Shown piece by piece: positions 1-8,969 of a stretch of 43,047 nt of DNA. Position numbers and translations under genes: made by a program. This DNA is from a virus (lineage: Duplodnaviria > Caudoviricetes), in IMG/VR virus record IMGVR_UViG_3300037420_000363, positions 1 through 43,047 of that record. One strand, written 5' to 3'. The notes beneath the pieces are model-generated. The model was given only the letters and a program-made list of their open reading frames with translations. It searched no databases and was not told the origin of the DNA. Position 1 is the first letter of the stretch. Each line of letters begins with the position of its first letter.

Positions 1-94
1 CACCAAAACTGTAAATGTGGTCTGCCTGTCGAATATCAGCCTGAGCGTTAGCGAGATCGACCTGTAGAGCCACGCCTTCCTTTTGAGCCTGGAG
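1..94. repeat. Terminal direct repeat (circular-assembly overlap), copy 1
   Basis: 1-94 is identical to 42954-43047 and the reading frame runs through the join. Confidence 0.97.
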
Positions 95-220
95 CTGGAG
101 CTGAGCCATTGCGAGCTGCTGGGCATTTTGGGCCTTCAGCGTGAACAGTTGGACGATGGCCGGGACCATGCCGGCGAGCGCGCCAAGGATTGCGGGGAGC
201 GCCGCGAGGACGGCGATCAT
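1..220 (-). CDS. 5' part of a 3TM-type holin (174 aa) that continues across the circular junction to 42649
   Basis: ATG at 220 overlaps the TGA of 217..459 (ATGA); MIAVLAALPAILGALAG... joins in frame to ...VRPYVT...FGAIIGFWFGDR. Confidence 0.75.
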   Translation of the reverse strand, partial: MIAVLAALPAILGALAGMVPAIVQLFTLKAQNAQQLAMAQLQLQAQKEGVALQVDLANAQADIRQADHIYSFG

Positions 221-459
221 GGCTTCGTCGCCAAATTCTGGATTGCCTGATCCTTCGATGCCGATCCTGAGGAAGATCCGATCCAGTAACCGACGACCGC
301 AGTAAAGTTGGTGGCCAGCGCACCCAGCAAGATCGAAAGGATTTCCGGCACAGCGCCGCCGTCGAGCTTGCGGGTCATGTAGATGACGGTAACGGCGATA
401 AATCCGATAACGACGACGGCAGAAACGACCACGCGTCCCCAGTCATTGAGCCCGTTCAT
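217..459 (-). CDS. Holin-like protein with two TM segments
   Basis: Two hydrophobic segments and a YWIGSSSGS..KD motif; directly downstream of the endolysin. Confidence 0.75.
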   Translation of the reverse strand: MNGLNDWGRVVVSAVVVIGFIAVTVIYMTRKLDGGAVPEILSILLGALATNFTAVVGYWIGSSSGSASKDQAIQNLATKP

Positions 460-1406
460 GCTTTCCCCTTGGGTCTGAAAAGATCGAGCACGCGCCCCCA
501 GAAGGTCGGCGCGAGATCAGCGTGTGCCTGCGTACCAGGCGGCGGCAGAACGATGTCTGGAGGTACCGGCATCGTCGGCACGGGCTTCCCATCTGCCAGC
601 GCCTTGTCCAGCGCGGCAAACGTCTCTGGCCCGACCAGCCCATCCACCCCGATTCCGGCTGCGAGCTGGAAGGCGCGGACGGCGTTACGCGTGGCAGGCC
701 CAACAATGCCGTCCAGATCGAGCTTCGGGTTTGCGCCGAGCCTGTTGAGGCTGTTCTGTAGCCAGATGCCGTCACGGATGGGCTGCGCGCTGGGCGAGAC
801 GCTGGATGGCTTTGGCTGCACCTGAGGCGCGGGACCGTCGAAGGTGATTGACGGATCAATCTCCATCATGGTCAAGATCAGGCCGGCGCAGCCGAGCTGC
901 TTGTCCACCGTGTCGGGATCAAACACGCCGTCGCGGACGTATTTGCCTGACCGATATTGATCCGTGCCGCTCCAGATGTATGGCGACGGAATGCCACGAC
1001 TGGCGTATCCAATGCCGTTGTAGCGCTCCAGATTGGTCAGCATGCCTCCAATCGACCAGTCCTTCAGCCTGGCCGCATAGGGCGAGCACTTCACCAGCGC
1101 GTCCACAGCCGCATCCTCGAACGAGGCAAACGGCCCACGTCCGGCCGGAACGTGCGTCGACACCCTGTTCCAGGGATCGCCCTGCGCAAGGCTCTTGCTG
1201 AAGTCCTGCGAGGATTCCCGGTAGTGGCTGACCGCGATGAAAACCCATGCGATGTCCGGCATACCAGCGGCCCTCGCGATTGCGAGATAGCGGCCCTTAT
1301 TCGCCACCGCCACCTTTGCAGGGCGGGCAAACTCGGCTTCACGGGTCAGCTTGGCTTTCGACCAGCGGTCAGCGTTCTTCGCGGTGAGCGCGGAAAGGTC
1401 TACCAT
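456..1406 (-). CDS. Endolysin: lysozyme-like domain plus C-terminal peptidoglycan-binding domain
   Basis: HYRES and ERYNGIGY...YIWSGT motifs; DGIVGPATRNAVRAFQ...DGLVGPET peptidoglycan-binding repeat. Confidence 0.85.
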   Translation of the reverse strand: MVDLSALTAKNADRWSKAKLTREAEFARPAKVAVANKGRYLAIARAAGMPDIAWVFIAVSHYRESSQDFSKSLAQGDPWNRVSTHVPAGRGPFASFEDAAVDALVKCSPYAARLKDWSIGGMLTNLERYNGIGYASRGIPSPYIWSGTDQYRSGKYVRDGVFDPDTVDKQLGCAGLILTMMEIDPSITFDGPAPQVQPKPSSVSPSAQPIRDGIWLQNSLNRLGANPKLDLDGIVGPATRNAVRAFQLAAGIGVDGLVGPETFAALDKALADGKPVPTMPVPPDIVLPPPGTQAHADLAPTFWGRVLDLFRPKGKA

Positions 1407-1415
1407 GGATTTTAC

Positions 1416-2411
1416 CTATTGGATTTCTATCGCGCCAGAAGCTGTGCCTCTCGCGTTGACTTGGAAACTGGTAGCATCTGCCAAGGAACACGTAGCCGTT
1501 GCAGAAGCAGAGCGGACATCACAGACGAACCCTTTGCCCGTGACGCCGTACTCGCGGCCAGCCATGCCGCCGCCGGACTGAGCGGTGACGCTTGGCAGCG
1601 AGAAGGTCATGCTTGACGTACATGTCCCGAGAGAAGTGATCGTGAAGTCCACTTCAAGAAACATGGTCTTCCCGATCGTCTTAGATCGAGCGTTGTTCGT
1701 GGTGATGCTGGCCGTGCCGCACGAGGGAGAAGCGGTGAAGCCGGCCCACGCCGTCCCCGTGTCGCCAGTGCCGCCATTCGCCAGCGGCAGCGTACCAGTG
1801 ACCGCGGCAGAAGATGCAAGGTTGACCTGACCAAAGGCCAGAGCCGTGCCTGCGCTGTTGACCACGAGGGCTTGGTTCGCCGTACCCTGGATATCGGCCA
1901 CGTTCGCCGTTGCGTTGCCGGTGACACCGATCACCGAGCGGGCTACGCCCTGCCGGATCTTCGTATTGTCGACCGCATTGTTCGCGATACCAGCCGTCGC
2001 GAGCTGGCCGCAAATGATCGTGCTGGCGCTTTCGATGAAGGCACAGGAGCTACCAGCTACAGCGGCAATATCTCCCGGAACGCCGCTGGAGTTGGCCGAG
2101 CGTCCGATCAGCGATAAAGCCGCGCTGTTGCGCAGCATGGCTGAAGTCACCTTGGCCGATCCAATGGCAGTCACGCCCGAGGCATTGATCGTCACATCGC
2201 CCGTGAGGCTCTGGCAGATCGGCTTGGCCGCGTTCTGGCCGATGGCGATCTGGGCCTGCGTGCAGAGGACTGAGGCAAAGCCGGTCTTGCCGGCGCCCTG
2301 CCCGACTGCAAAGGCGTTGGCTGTAACCGTGCCGGCGGTCTGAGCCGAAGCCGCAGAGGCATAAAAAAAGCTCGCCAGAGCGAGCAAGGAAAGCTTATGC
2401 AGACGGGTCAT
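1416..2411 (-). CDS. Tail fibre-like protein with an apparent signal peptide
   Basis: Ala/Gly/Thr-rich; repeats VTSAML..SLIGRS / VDNTKI..SVIGVT; LPLANGGTG motif; N-terminus MTRLHKLSLLALASFFYASAASA|Q. Confidence 0.7.
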   Translation of the reverse strand: MTRLHKLSLLALASFFYASAASAQTAGTVTANAFAVGQGAGKTGFASVLCTQAQIAIGQNAAKPICQSLTGDVTINASGVTAIGSAKVTSAMLRNSAALSLIGRSANSSGVPGDIAAVAGSSCAFIESASTIICGQLATAGIANNAVDNTKIRQGVARSVIGVTGNATANVADIQGTANQALVVNSAGTALAFGQVNLASSAAVTGTLPLANGGTGDTGTAWAGFTASPSCGTASITTNNARSKTIGKTMFLEVDFTITSLGTCTSSMTFSLPSVTAQSGGGMAGREYGVTGKGFVCDVRSASATATCSLADATSFQVNARGTASGAIEIQ

Positions 2412-2872
2412 ATTGCGTAGCCCACACCTCTTATTGGACGAAGGAAGACGCTGCCGTTGTCAGCAGCAATGGTCCATGACGAAAGACCCTGGATCGTTTC
2501 GGACCCGCTCGGGTTGATCGTGATGTTGTTGGTGCCAGCGTCCCCTTTCCAATCAACAATGAGGACCGGAACGAGTTGGCCGCCAGAACCGATCTTGCTC
2601 GCGGCAAGGGGCAGCGTGAGCGTCGTAGCGCTTCCGACCGTCTTGTTTACCCGAACAGTCGAAGAGTCCGAGTTGATGGTTGCTGAGGCGCCGGAAGTGA
2701 TGACCTGGTCAATGTCTGCTGATACTGGCTGGAATACGCTGCCTAGCTGACTTTCGAGCGCGTTCATGTCGAGGCTGAACGTGTAGACAGACCCTTCCTT
2801 CTCAAGCGCAACTGGACTCTCCACGAGAACGTTCGCGGGGAATATCGTCCTGAATTTCAGCTTCAGCGCCAT
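2408..2872 (-). CDS. Tail-associated protein
   Basis: TLTLPLAA...DAGTNNITINPSGSETIQG beta-rich module typical of phage tail proteins; position in the tail cluster. Confidence 0.6.
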   Translation of the reverse strand: MALKLKFRTIFPANVLVESPVALEKEGSVYTFSLDMNALESQLGSVFQPVSADIDQVITSGASATINSDSSTVRVNKTVGSATTLTLPLAASKIGSGGQLVPVLIVDWKGDAGTNNITINPSGSETIQGLSSWTIAADNGSVFLRPIRGVGYAI

Positions 2873-2873
2873 C

Positions 2874-3215
2874 TCAGTTGCCCTCAACAACGGCGACCGT
2901 GCCGTCGATCAAATCGCTAATGAAGCCGTCGATCGTGACCTTGACACCGAGGCGGTATGTTCCAGCACAAAGGGCGGATAGGTCAGTGTCCTCGAATTGC
3001 CACTGGAAGCCGGGACCGGGGACAGTCACCTTCCCGTTGTCGATCGTGGCGGACGCGCGTTGGCACCCGTCCATGTCCTTGATCGTCACTTCGATGTCGA
3101 GCGGGCTGACCGTCGAAAGGTCCGTCGTCGTCCCCGTGTCCTCGTCAACCAGCTCGCAAACCTTGCTGAGCCAGGTCGCTCGGTTCGAAATGACGTCAAC
3201 TTGGCCTGTAAACAT
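2874..3215 (-). CDS. Tail-associated small beta-sandwich protein
   Basis: 113-aa ORF in the tail operon with alternating beta-strand pattern. Confidence 0.55.
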   Translation of the reverse strand: MFTGQVDVISNRATWLSKVCELVDEDTGTTTDLSTVSPLDIEVTIKDMDGCQRASATIDNGKVTVPGPGFQWQFEDTDLSALCAGTYRLGVKVTIDGFISDLIDGTVAVVEGN

Positions 3216-3230
3216 TCAGGTTCCCTATGG

Positions 3231-3252
3231 AAAAGCCGCCCGGAGGCGGCTT
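3231..3252 (-). terminator. Rho-independent terminator
   Basis: Minus strand reads AAGCCGCC-TCCG-GGCGGCTT-TT. Confidence 0.6.
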
Positions 3253-3304
3253 GCTCTACGTTCGGTTGCGATGTTAAAAACTGCCCCTCAGGCTGAGGGA
3301 TCAC

Positions 3305-4165
3305 ATGGCATCAATAGTTAGTGCGGCTCGCGTGGCCGCCCGTCGTCTTGGTATTGAACTCTCGCGCTACCGAGAGCCCTTCAATCTCCACCTTTATGAT
3401 GGGATGGAAAAAGAAGCACTTCTCAGAAAGCCATTCATCAACATCGGCGCCGGATCGTTCTGGCATCCACACTGGACGAACGTTGACTATGTTTCAGACT
3501 GGTACAAAGGCGTTCAACGAGATGTCGTCCATTACGACATCATGAGCAAAGAGCCGTTGCCCTTTGGGGACGCATCGCTCAAAATCGCCTACACTTCTCA
3601 TACCATCGAGCACATCAAAGAGGACGCCGTTGCGTCTTTATTCCGCGAAGTGCATCGCACGCTTGAACCGGGCGGGATATTCCGGGTTACGACCGGGCCC
3701 GATGCAGAGACCGACTTTCGCGCCCTTATGCGAAACGATGAGAACTGGTTTTACTGGGACCACTATTACGAAACCGATTACCAGCACCTGTTTAAGGGCC
3801 CGGCCACCAGCGTTCCGTTAGCCGAACGCTGGCTGCATCATGTCGCTAGCGAACTCGCCCCGAACGACAAAACCGAATCCGCTCGCAAATACCATGCAGA
3901 CGAGATCATGAGCCTCATTGCCGAGAAAGGCTTTGAAGGCTCTCTCGATTTCTTCACTGGGCAGTGCAAATTCAGGCCCGATAGGCCCGGCAATCACATT
4001 TCTTGGTGGACCCATAATAAGGTCGCTCGCTATTTGCGAGAGGCCGGGTTCTCAACTGTTTACCGTTCAGGGCGCAACCAATCGGCATCGCCGTTAATGC
4101 GCAACTCTGACCTTTTTGACTCCACTCACCCGCAGATGTCGATCTACGTTGAGGCTATAGTTTGA
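3305..4165 (+). CDS. Class I SAM-dependent methyltransferase (moron, glycan-modification type)
   Basis: INIGAG motif I, NVD, YTSHTIEHI, LEPGGIFRV; lies on the strand opposite the tail genes. Confidence 0.8.
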   Translation: MASIVSAARVAARRLGIELSRYREPFNLHLYDGMEKEALLRKPFINIGAGSFWHPHWTNVDYVSDWYKGVQRDVVHYDIMSKEPLPFGDASLKIAYTSHTIEHIKEDAVASLFREVHRTLEPGGIFRVTTGPDAETDFRALMRNDENWFYWDHYYETDYQHLFKGPATSVPLAERWLHHVASELAPNDKTESARKYHADEIMSLIAEKGFEGSLDFFTGQCKFRPDRPGNHISWWTHNKVARYLREAGFSTVYRSGRNQSASPLMRNSDLFDSTHPQMSIYVEAIV

Positions 4166-5162
4166 GATAGTAGGTTGCGAGCATCATCGGCGGCAAGTTC
4201 GAGAAGGGGGTGCTAGTGCCCCCTTGCGCAAAACCGGAAAACGAGGACGATATTGTAAGCGGCAGCGTCGTCGTTCCAGAACTACCACCTGGCTCATAAA
4301 CCAATTGAGTTGTCGGAGAGCCGTTAACTGCCGCAGTTTGGATAGTAGCCGTTCCGGTCGATGAGATCGTTCCGGAAGGCGTGTAGGGCGGCAAATTCGC
4401 GACCACGAGCGTTGTGTGATCTGTCGTTGTGCTGACAGCACCGAGCGCCAAGGTGGTGCCAAAATAGGTCGAAGACAGCCAGCTTGCGGCGCTATTACCC
4501 ATGTCCGGCAACCCAGCCAAGACGCGCCCTCGCAAGTCCGGCAGCGCAATCGTCTTGTTGGCCGCCCAATCCGCCGCAGCAGATGCGCCGCGGCCGCCGC
4601 TTACCGCGAGGTTAGCATCTGCGCCCCAGAGGTACTGGAACAGGGCCTGGCAGTCAGCGTTGGCGCGCTCCGTTGCGCCGCTGGTCGCGCTGCCGATAGT
4701 GCGGCCGTTCGCCCTTACCCATCCGGATAGAACGGAGGTGCCGTAGGCGACTTTGAGGTCTCCGGTTGCGGCAATCGTCGTCGGGTCGACCGAGCCGCCC
4801 CCGCCACCGCCGCTTGAGGCGCCAACAACCGTCAGATTGTCGCCAACAAAGATCTGGGTGCCGTTCGATTTGGTCAGCCGGACCTTGATCGTGCCGTCAG
4901 CGACGAAGAATTGCGGTAGTCGGCCTCCCGCGTCACAGGTCAGCGGGTTCGGCAGAACCTGCGTAAGTCCCGAATCCGAATAGGCATTTTGCGGCGTCGC
5001 AACTGTGCCGGCCTGATAGACGTAAAGCTTGCAGCCTGGCGCGACTGCTCCCGTCAAATCGAATTGTGGGGTCAGCGAGAAGGCTGGGATAGTCCCAGCG
5101 CCATGTGCTACAGTCACCAGCGCAAAAAGCCCCGCAAAAGCGAGGCAGAGACGTTTCAGCAT
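4155..5162 (-). CDS. Tail fibre with podovirus attachment domain and tail-collar domain; apparent signal peptide
   Basis: KLYVYQAGT..PQNAYSD..PNPLTCDAGGR N-domain; GWVRANG...LPDLRGR collar motif; GGAAGAG RBS before the ATG at 5162. Confidence 0.8.
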   Translation of the reverse strand: MLKRLCLAFAGLFALVTVAHGAGTIPAFSLTPQFDLTGAVAPGCKLYVYQAGTVATPQNAYSDSGLTQVLPNPLTCDAGGRLPQFFVADGTIKVRLTKSNGTQIFVGDNLTVVGASSGGGGGGSVDPTTIAATGDLKVAYGTSVLSGWVRANGRTIGSATSGATERANADCQALFQYLWGADANLAVSGGRGASAAADWAANKTIALPDLRGRVLAGLPDMGNSAASWLSSTYFGTTLALGAVSTTTDHTTLVVANLPPYTPSGTISSTGTATIQTAAVNGSPTTQLVYEPGGSSGTTTLPLTISSSFSGFAQGGTSTPFSNLPPMMLATYYLKL

Positions 5163-5559
5163 GTGGAAGCTCTTCCAATTGTCGATTATGGCCGCCGTGA
5201 TGTGCGGCAACATCAGATACGAATGGACGCCGAACCCATACGCGGCTGGCGTTCTTGGTGTATTGGCCGCCTTCTTCGCGACCCTACTTGTTGGCGGAAT
5301 TGGTTCTCTGTTCGGTCGTGGCCGCGCTCCCCAGCGCGATCAGGCGCCCAGCCATCACAAGAGCACGGTCGGAGCCAGGTGGGATACGAACAATCTGTCT
5401 CAAGGCCTCCCCAGAACGTGGGTCAGTGATGATGCGCGCGATCTGATCGAGGTTTCGCCCAAGGCTCCACGCCTTGAAGGTGTCGTTGGCGAAACTCATC
5501 CACTTCCCGGGCGAGACGCCCTTCGACGCCAACTCTTGAAGGCCGCCCGTCGACATTGA
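5161..5559 (+). CDS. Putative small membrane protein, antisense moron
   Basis: MWKLFQLSIMAAVM... and AAGVLGVLAAFFATLLVGGIG hydrophobic segments fill the 5163-5283 gap; the 3' end overlaps the ejection gene in antisense. Confidence 0.45.
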   Translation: MWKLFQLSIMAAVMCGNIRYEWTPNPYAAGVLGVLAAFFATLLVGGIGSLFGRGRAPQRDQAPSHHKSTVGARWDTNNLSQGLPRTWVSDDARDLIEVSPKAPRLEGVVGETHPLPGRDALRRQLLKAARRH

Positions 5560-7302
5560 CTGGACTTCCAGGGCGTTGAAGGCAGTTAGCGAGCCCTTCG
5601 GCTGCCGCGTGCCTGTCGCCGCCATAATGTCCAGAAGGTGCTCAAAGCCCTGCCAACGCGCCTGACCGTTCGGGAGGGCCAAGACTGCGGCCCGGAGGTT
5701 TTCTCGCTGCTGAGCGTTGCCGGCGATTTTGGCCGCGAATTTTGCCCCGGCGAATTGATTGGCGCCGCCCTGGAGATCCCGTGCAGCCTGGTTAAAAACC
5801 ATCTCAGCATGGGCTCGGACCAATTGCTCGGCTGCGGCTGGTCGACGTTGCACCAGTGCCGAAACGGCGTCGTGAACTTCATTGTGCGTTCCCGGTACCG
5901 GGTTCTCCGGGAACAGTGCCGCAATGGCCTTTTGCGTGGTCACGTCCTTTTTGGCGAGCTTGCCGAGCGGACCCTGAAGCAACGGCTCCAAGAACTCCTC
6001 TCGTCCACGCCGGCCGATCTCGAGCGCGATCTGATAATCAGTCGACTTGGCCTCGCCAATCTGACGAACCGCCGACGCCTGCATTTCGCGCGTGGCCTGC
6101 GTCTCGTGGCTACGCTGAGGATTGAAGCGTGAGGCCGCATTCTCACCTAGCTCGTCGAAATGCTTCTTGACCGCATTCAGGAAGCCGACCGAATTGTCCG
6201 GAAGGTTTTCGACGCGCCAGGCGTTCGGACCATTGCGAACCGCATCGCGGGCCTCCGTCCATCCCGGGATGGCGCGCACATGCGACATTTCGGCGGGCGT
6301 GAGGAGCACATTCGCCGATCGCTGATAGTATGGCTCAGCAGTCGCATTGATGATCTGGCGCACACTGTTGAGCGTATCGTTTGCCGCTTCGCCGGCCGCA
6401 GGCCCGATGGTCGACGGGTAGGCAGGCATCTGCGCCATGCGGTCGAATTCGCCCCGGGCAGCCTGCTCGATCTGAGCCGGCCGCTCTGCAAAGAATTCTT
6501 GCATTTGCGGCCGGGTCTGGCCGTGGCTTTCCAAGATCCGCTGCGTATCGGTCAAAACCGGCTGGCCGGTTACGCGGGACAAGGCTTCCGGCCATGTCAA
6601 CGCAACGCCGCGGGTCTGCGCATGTTCAATAAGCTGGCCTGCGCGGGTGATGTCCTGCTCCGTCACGGAGCCCGGGATTTTGTCCCTGATGAGCTTTTCG
6701 ACCGAGCCAGGGCCTGAGAGGGCGGCGCCGCCAGCGCCTGCCAGAAAGCCCGCCAGAGCCTTCACATAGGGGTTCTGATCGGTCAGGCGCCCGGCAACAA
6801 CTGTCGTCGTGGCGGGAATGGCCTCTTGCAGGACGAGCTTGCGCGCCATGCTCCCGGGCCCGGCGATCGCCGCCGGCAAAAACTCGCCAAAGGTCTCGGC
6901 GTCCGCCTCGGTCTGGTTCTGCGGCTTCCGAAACTCGCCCGTGACCTTCTCGACCTGCCCTTGGATATCGTGCGAGGTCGGGAATTCCGGTGGCTGGCTG
7001 ACCGACATGGTGTCACCCATGCGACCATATTTGCGAGCATACTTCTCTGATTCCGGGTCCGACTTGATATCCGGCAGGTAGCTACCGACCTTCTTGGCGA
7101 TCTGCTGGATATCGCCGACGATGCCAGCCAAGCCTATCGTGCCCTTGGCGACGCCGACGCCAGCCTGCTTGGCGACGCCGCCGTAATCGGTTGGCTTTTC
7201 GGTCGGGTACGCATCCCAGTTATCGGCGGCCTTAGCAGGCGCCTCCGGGAAGGCGTCCCAACTCTCAGCGGCCGGCGCGTCTCTGAAAGCTACATAGGTC
7301 AT
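5284..7302 (-). CDS. Internal virion / DNA ejection protein
   Basis: 672 aa, Ala/Gln-rich and helical; WDAFP/WDAYP N-terminal repeats; position after the tail hub. Confidence 0.65.
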   Translation of the reverse strand: MTYVAFRDAPAAESWDAFPEAPAKAADNWDAYPTEKPTDYGGVAKQAGVGVAKGTIGLAGIVGDIQQIAKKVGSYLPDIKSDPESEKYARKYGRMGDTMSVSQPPEFPTSHDIQGQVEKVTGEFRKPQNQTEADAETFGEFLPAAIAGPGSMARKLVLQEAIPATTTVVAGRLTDQNPYVKALAGFLAGAGGAALSGPGSVEKLIRDKIPGSVTEQDITRAGQLIEHAQTRGVALTWPEALSRVTGQPVLTDTQRILESHGQTRPQMQEFFAERPAQIEQAARGEFDRMAQMPAYPSTIGPAAGEAANDTLNSVRQIINATAEPYYQRSANVLLTPAEMSHVRAIPGWTEARDAVRNGPNAWRVENLPDNSVGFLNAVKKHFDELGENAASRFNPQRSHETQATREMQASAVRQIGEAKSTDYQIALEIGRRGREEFLEPLLQGPLGKLAKKDVTTQKAIAALFPENPVPGTHNEVHDAVSALVQRRPAAAEQLVRAHAEMVFNQAARDLQGGANQFAGAKFAAKIAGNAQQRENLRAAVLALPNGQARWQGFEHLLDIMAATGTRQPKGSLTAFNALEVQSMSTGGLQELASKGVSPGKWMSFANDTFKAWSLGRNLDQIARIITDPRSGEALRQIVRIPPGSDRALVMAGRLIALGSAATTEQRTNSANK

Positions 7303-8969
7303 CAGGGCACGTACCGCGTTTTTCCGTTGGCGTCGGTAAAACTGTCACCCGACTTGAGCTTTCCGGCCGCGACCGCGGCACGAACATCAGCCGGCGAATT
7401 GAACTGCTGAACAGACGACGCCTGCTTGCTCTGCTTCTGCTCGCCGATGACGCGGTGCCAATCCTTGATCTCGGCGTCAGTGAATAGCGGGTTTTTCTTG
7501 TAGAATGCCGTCACCTGCTTATCAAAACCCGGATCGAGAACGCCGTTCTTTTCCTTGTAGTCCTGCGCCATCTCGGCGATCTGCGCGTTGCGCTCGTGCG
7601 TGCGCTTAGAAATTTCCACCAAGAGCTTGTTGGCAGGGATCGAATTATCAGGTGCGGCCGCGGCCTCGCGCGCCATGTTGATTTCAGCGACGCGGATTTG
7701 ACCGAGGCCCTTGAGCGCGCCGAGCGAGGAAAGCACGTTGGCCGCCGTCGCCTTTCGGAGGTATTCCTGAGGAACAGCAGCCTCAGGATCGATCCCGACC
7801 GCACTCTTGAGGCGCTTATAGAGCAGATTGTACTTCTCACCCGCACCCGAGAAAAAGTTCGGGTCATTCATCTGCTCTTTCAGAAGATCGAGCTGCGGGA
7901 TTTCCATCTGTGCTTTCGTGCCGGCCTCGACCAAGCCCTCGTACTTCTTAACGCTGGACTTTGCTTCCTCGGTCGCCGCCGTTTTGCGTTGCTCGGTATC
8001 GGCCAGCCATTCGTTGAAGGGCAAGTTGCCACCCTGGCGCCGGTAGAGGTCATATTGCTTCATGTCAGGCGTTGGCGCACCCTGCTCTTGGAGCGCTTTC
8101 AGCCGCGTCAGCGCCGCTTCCTGGACTGACTTTGGATATGCCGGGTTGCTGGCAATCGAGGTATAGATGGCGATCTGCTTCTGGATTTCAGGGTCTGAGC
8201 CAGTCGGGATCGCGCCGCGTGTCGCGATGGCAGACGGGGCGCCGAACGTGCCCTGGTTCTGCTGCGGGTTCGGAGCAACCTGAGCCGTTGCGGGAGCCTG
8301 TGGCTGCTGCGGCACGGCCTGCGCGGTCTGGGGCTGCTGCTGTACGACCTGACCGATGCCCATCCGCTTCAACTGCTGGATGGCTGGGACAAGCACATTG
8401 CGCACCTGCGGATCTTGCGTGTTGATAGGCGCATTCGGATCTTCAAGGCCGAGCTGGCGCGCGACTGATGCGCTGGCCGCCCCTAGCTGGTCGTTCGGGA
8501 TGCCTTGAGCGGTCAGGATTTGGCCGAGCGTTGCTGTACCACCCGCCGGGCCCGGCTGTGCTGCCGGCTGGCTTTGCGTGCCGCCACGATTGAGCGGCGG
8601 GGCGACCGGAACGGATGCGCCACGATTTGCGGAAGGCGGCGATACTGGCGGCTGACCACCGCCCTCAAGCTGACCAAGTTTCTCCGCAAGAGCCTGTCCA
8701 GCCTTCAGTTGCTGGCGCTGGATATCCAAGTTCGATGCCGCAACGCCTTCGTTAAGGCCACCCCTTTGAAACAATATCTTCGACATGGCGGCGAAGTCAG
8801 GGTTGCCACTCGCGTCTGTCGGCACACCATCCCGGAACGCACGCCGAAGATTGGTCTCGTCCGCCTGCTTCTGAGCGTTGCGGAACGTCTGGACCGGATC
8901 GCCGATCGCATCAAAACTGTAGCGCGTGTTTCCACGCGCACCCGAAATGATCTCGTCGATATCGGCCAT
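7302..8969 (-). CDS. Internal virion / DNA ejection protein
   Basis: 555 aa, Q/P-rich; TPDMKQY motif; C-terminal LKSGDSFTDANGKTRYVP. Confidence 0.65.
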   Translation of the reverse strand: MADIDEIISGARGNTRYSFDAIGDPVQTFRNAQKQADETNLRRAFRDGVPTDASGNPDFAAMSKILFQRGGLNEGVAASNLDIQRQQLKAGQALAEKLGQLEGGGQPPVSPPSANRGASVPVAPPLNRGGTQSQPAAQPGPAGGTATLGQILTAQGIPNDQLGAASASVARQLGLEDPNAPINTQDPQVRNVLVPAIQQLKRMGIGQVVQQQPQTAQAVPQQPQAPATAQVAPNPQQNQGTFGAPSAIATRGAIPTGSDPEIQKQIAIYTSIASNPAYPKSVQEAALTRLKALQEQGAPTPDMKQYDLYRRQGGNLPFNEWLADTEQRKTAATEEAKSSVKKYEGLVEAGTKAQMEIPQLDLLKEQMNDPNFFSGAGEKYNLLYKRLKSAVGIDPEAAVPQEYLRKATAANVLSSLGALKGLGQIRVAEINMAREAAAAPDNSIPANKLLVEISKRTHERNAQIAEMAQDYKEKNGVLDPGFDKQVTAFYKKNPLFTDAEIKDWHRVIGEQKQSKQASSVQQFNSPADVRAAVAAGKLKSGDSFTDANGKTRYVP

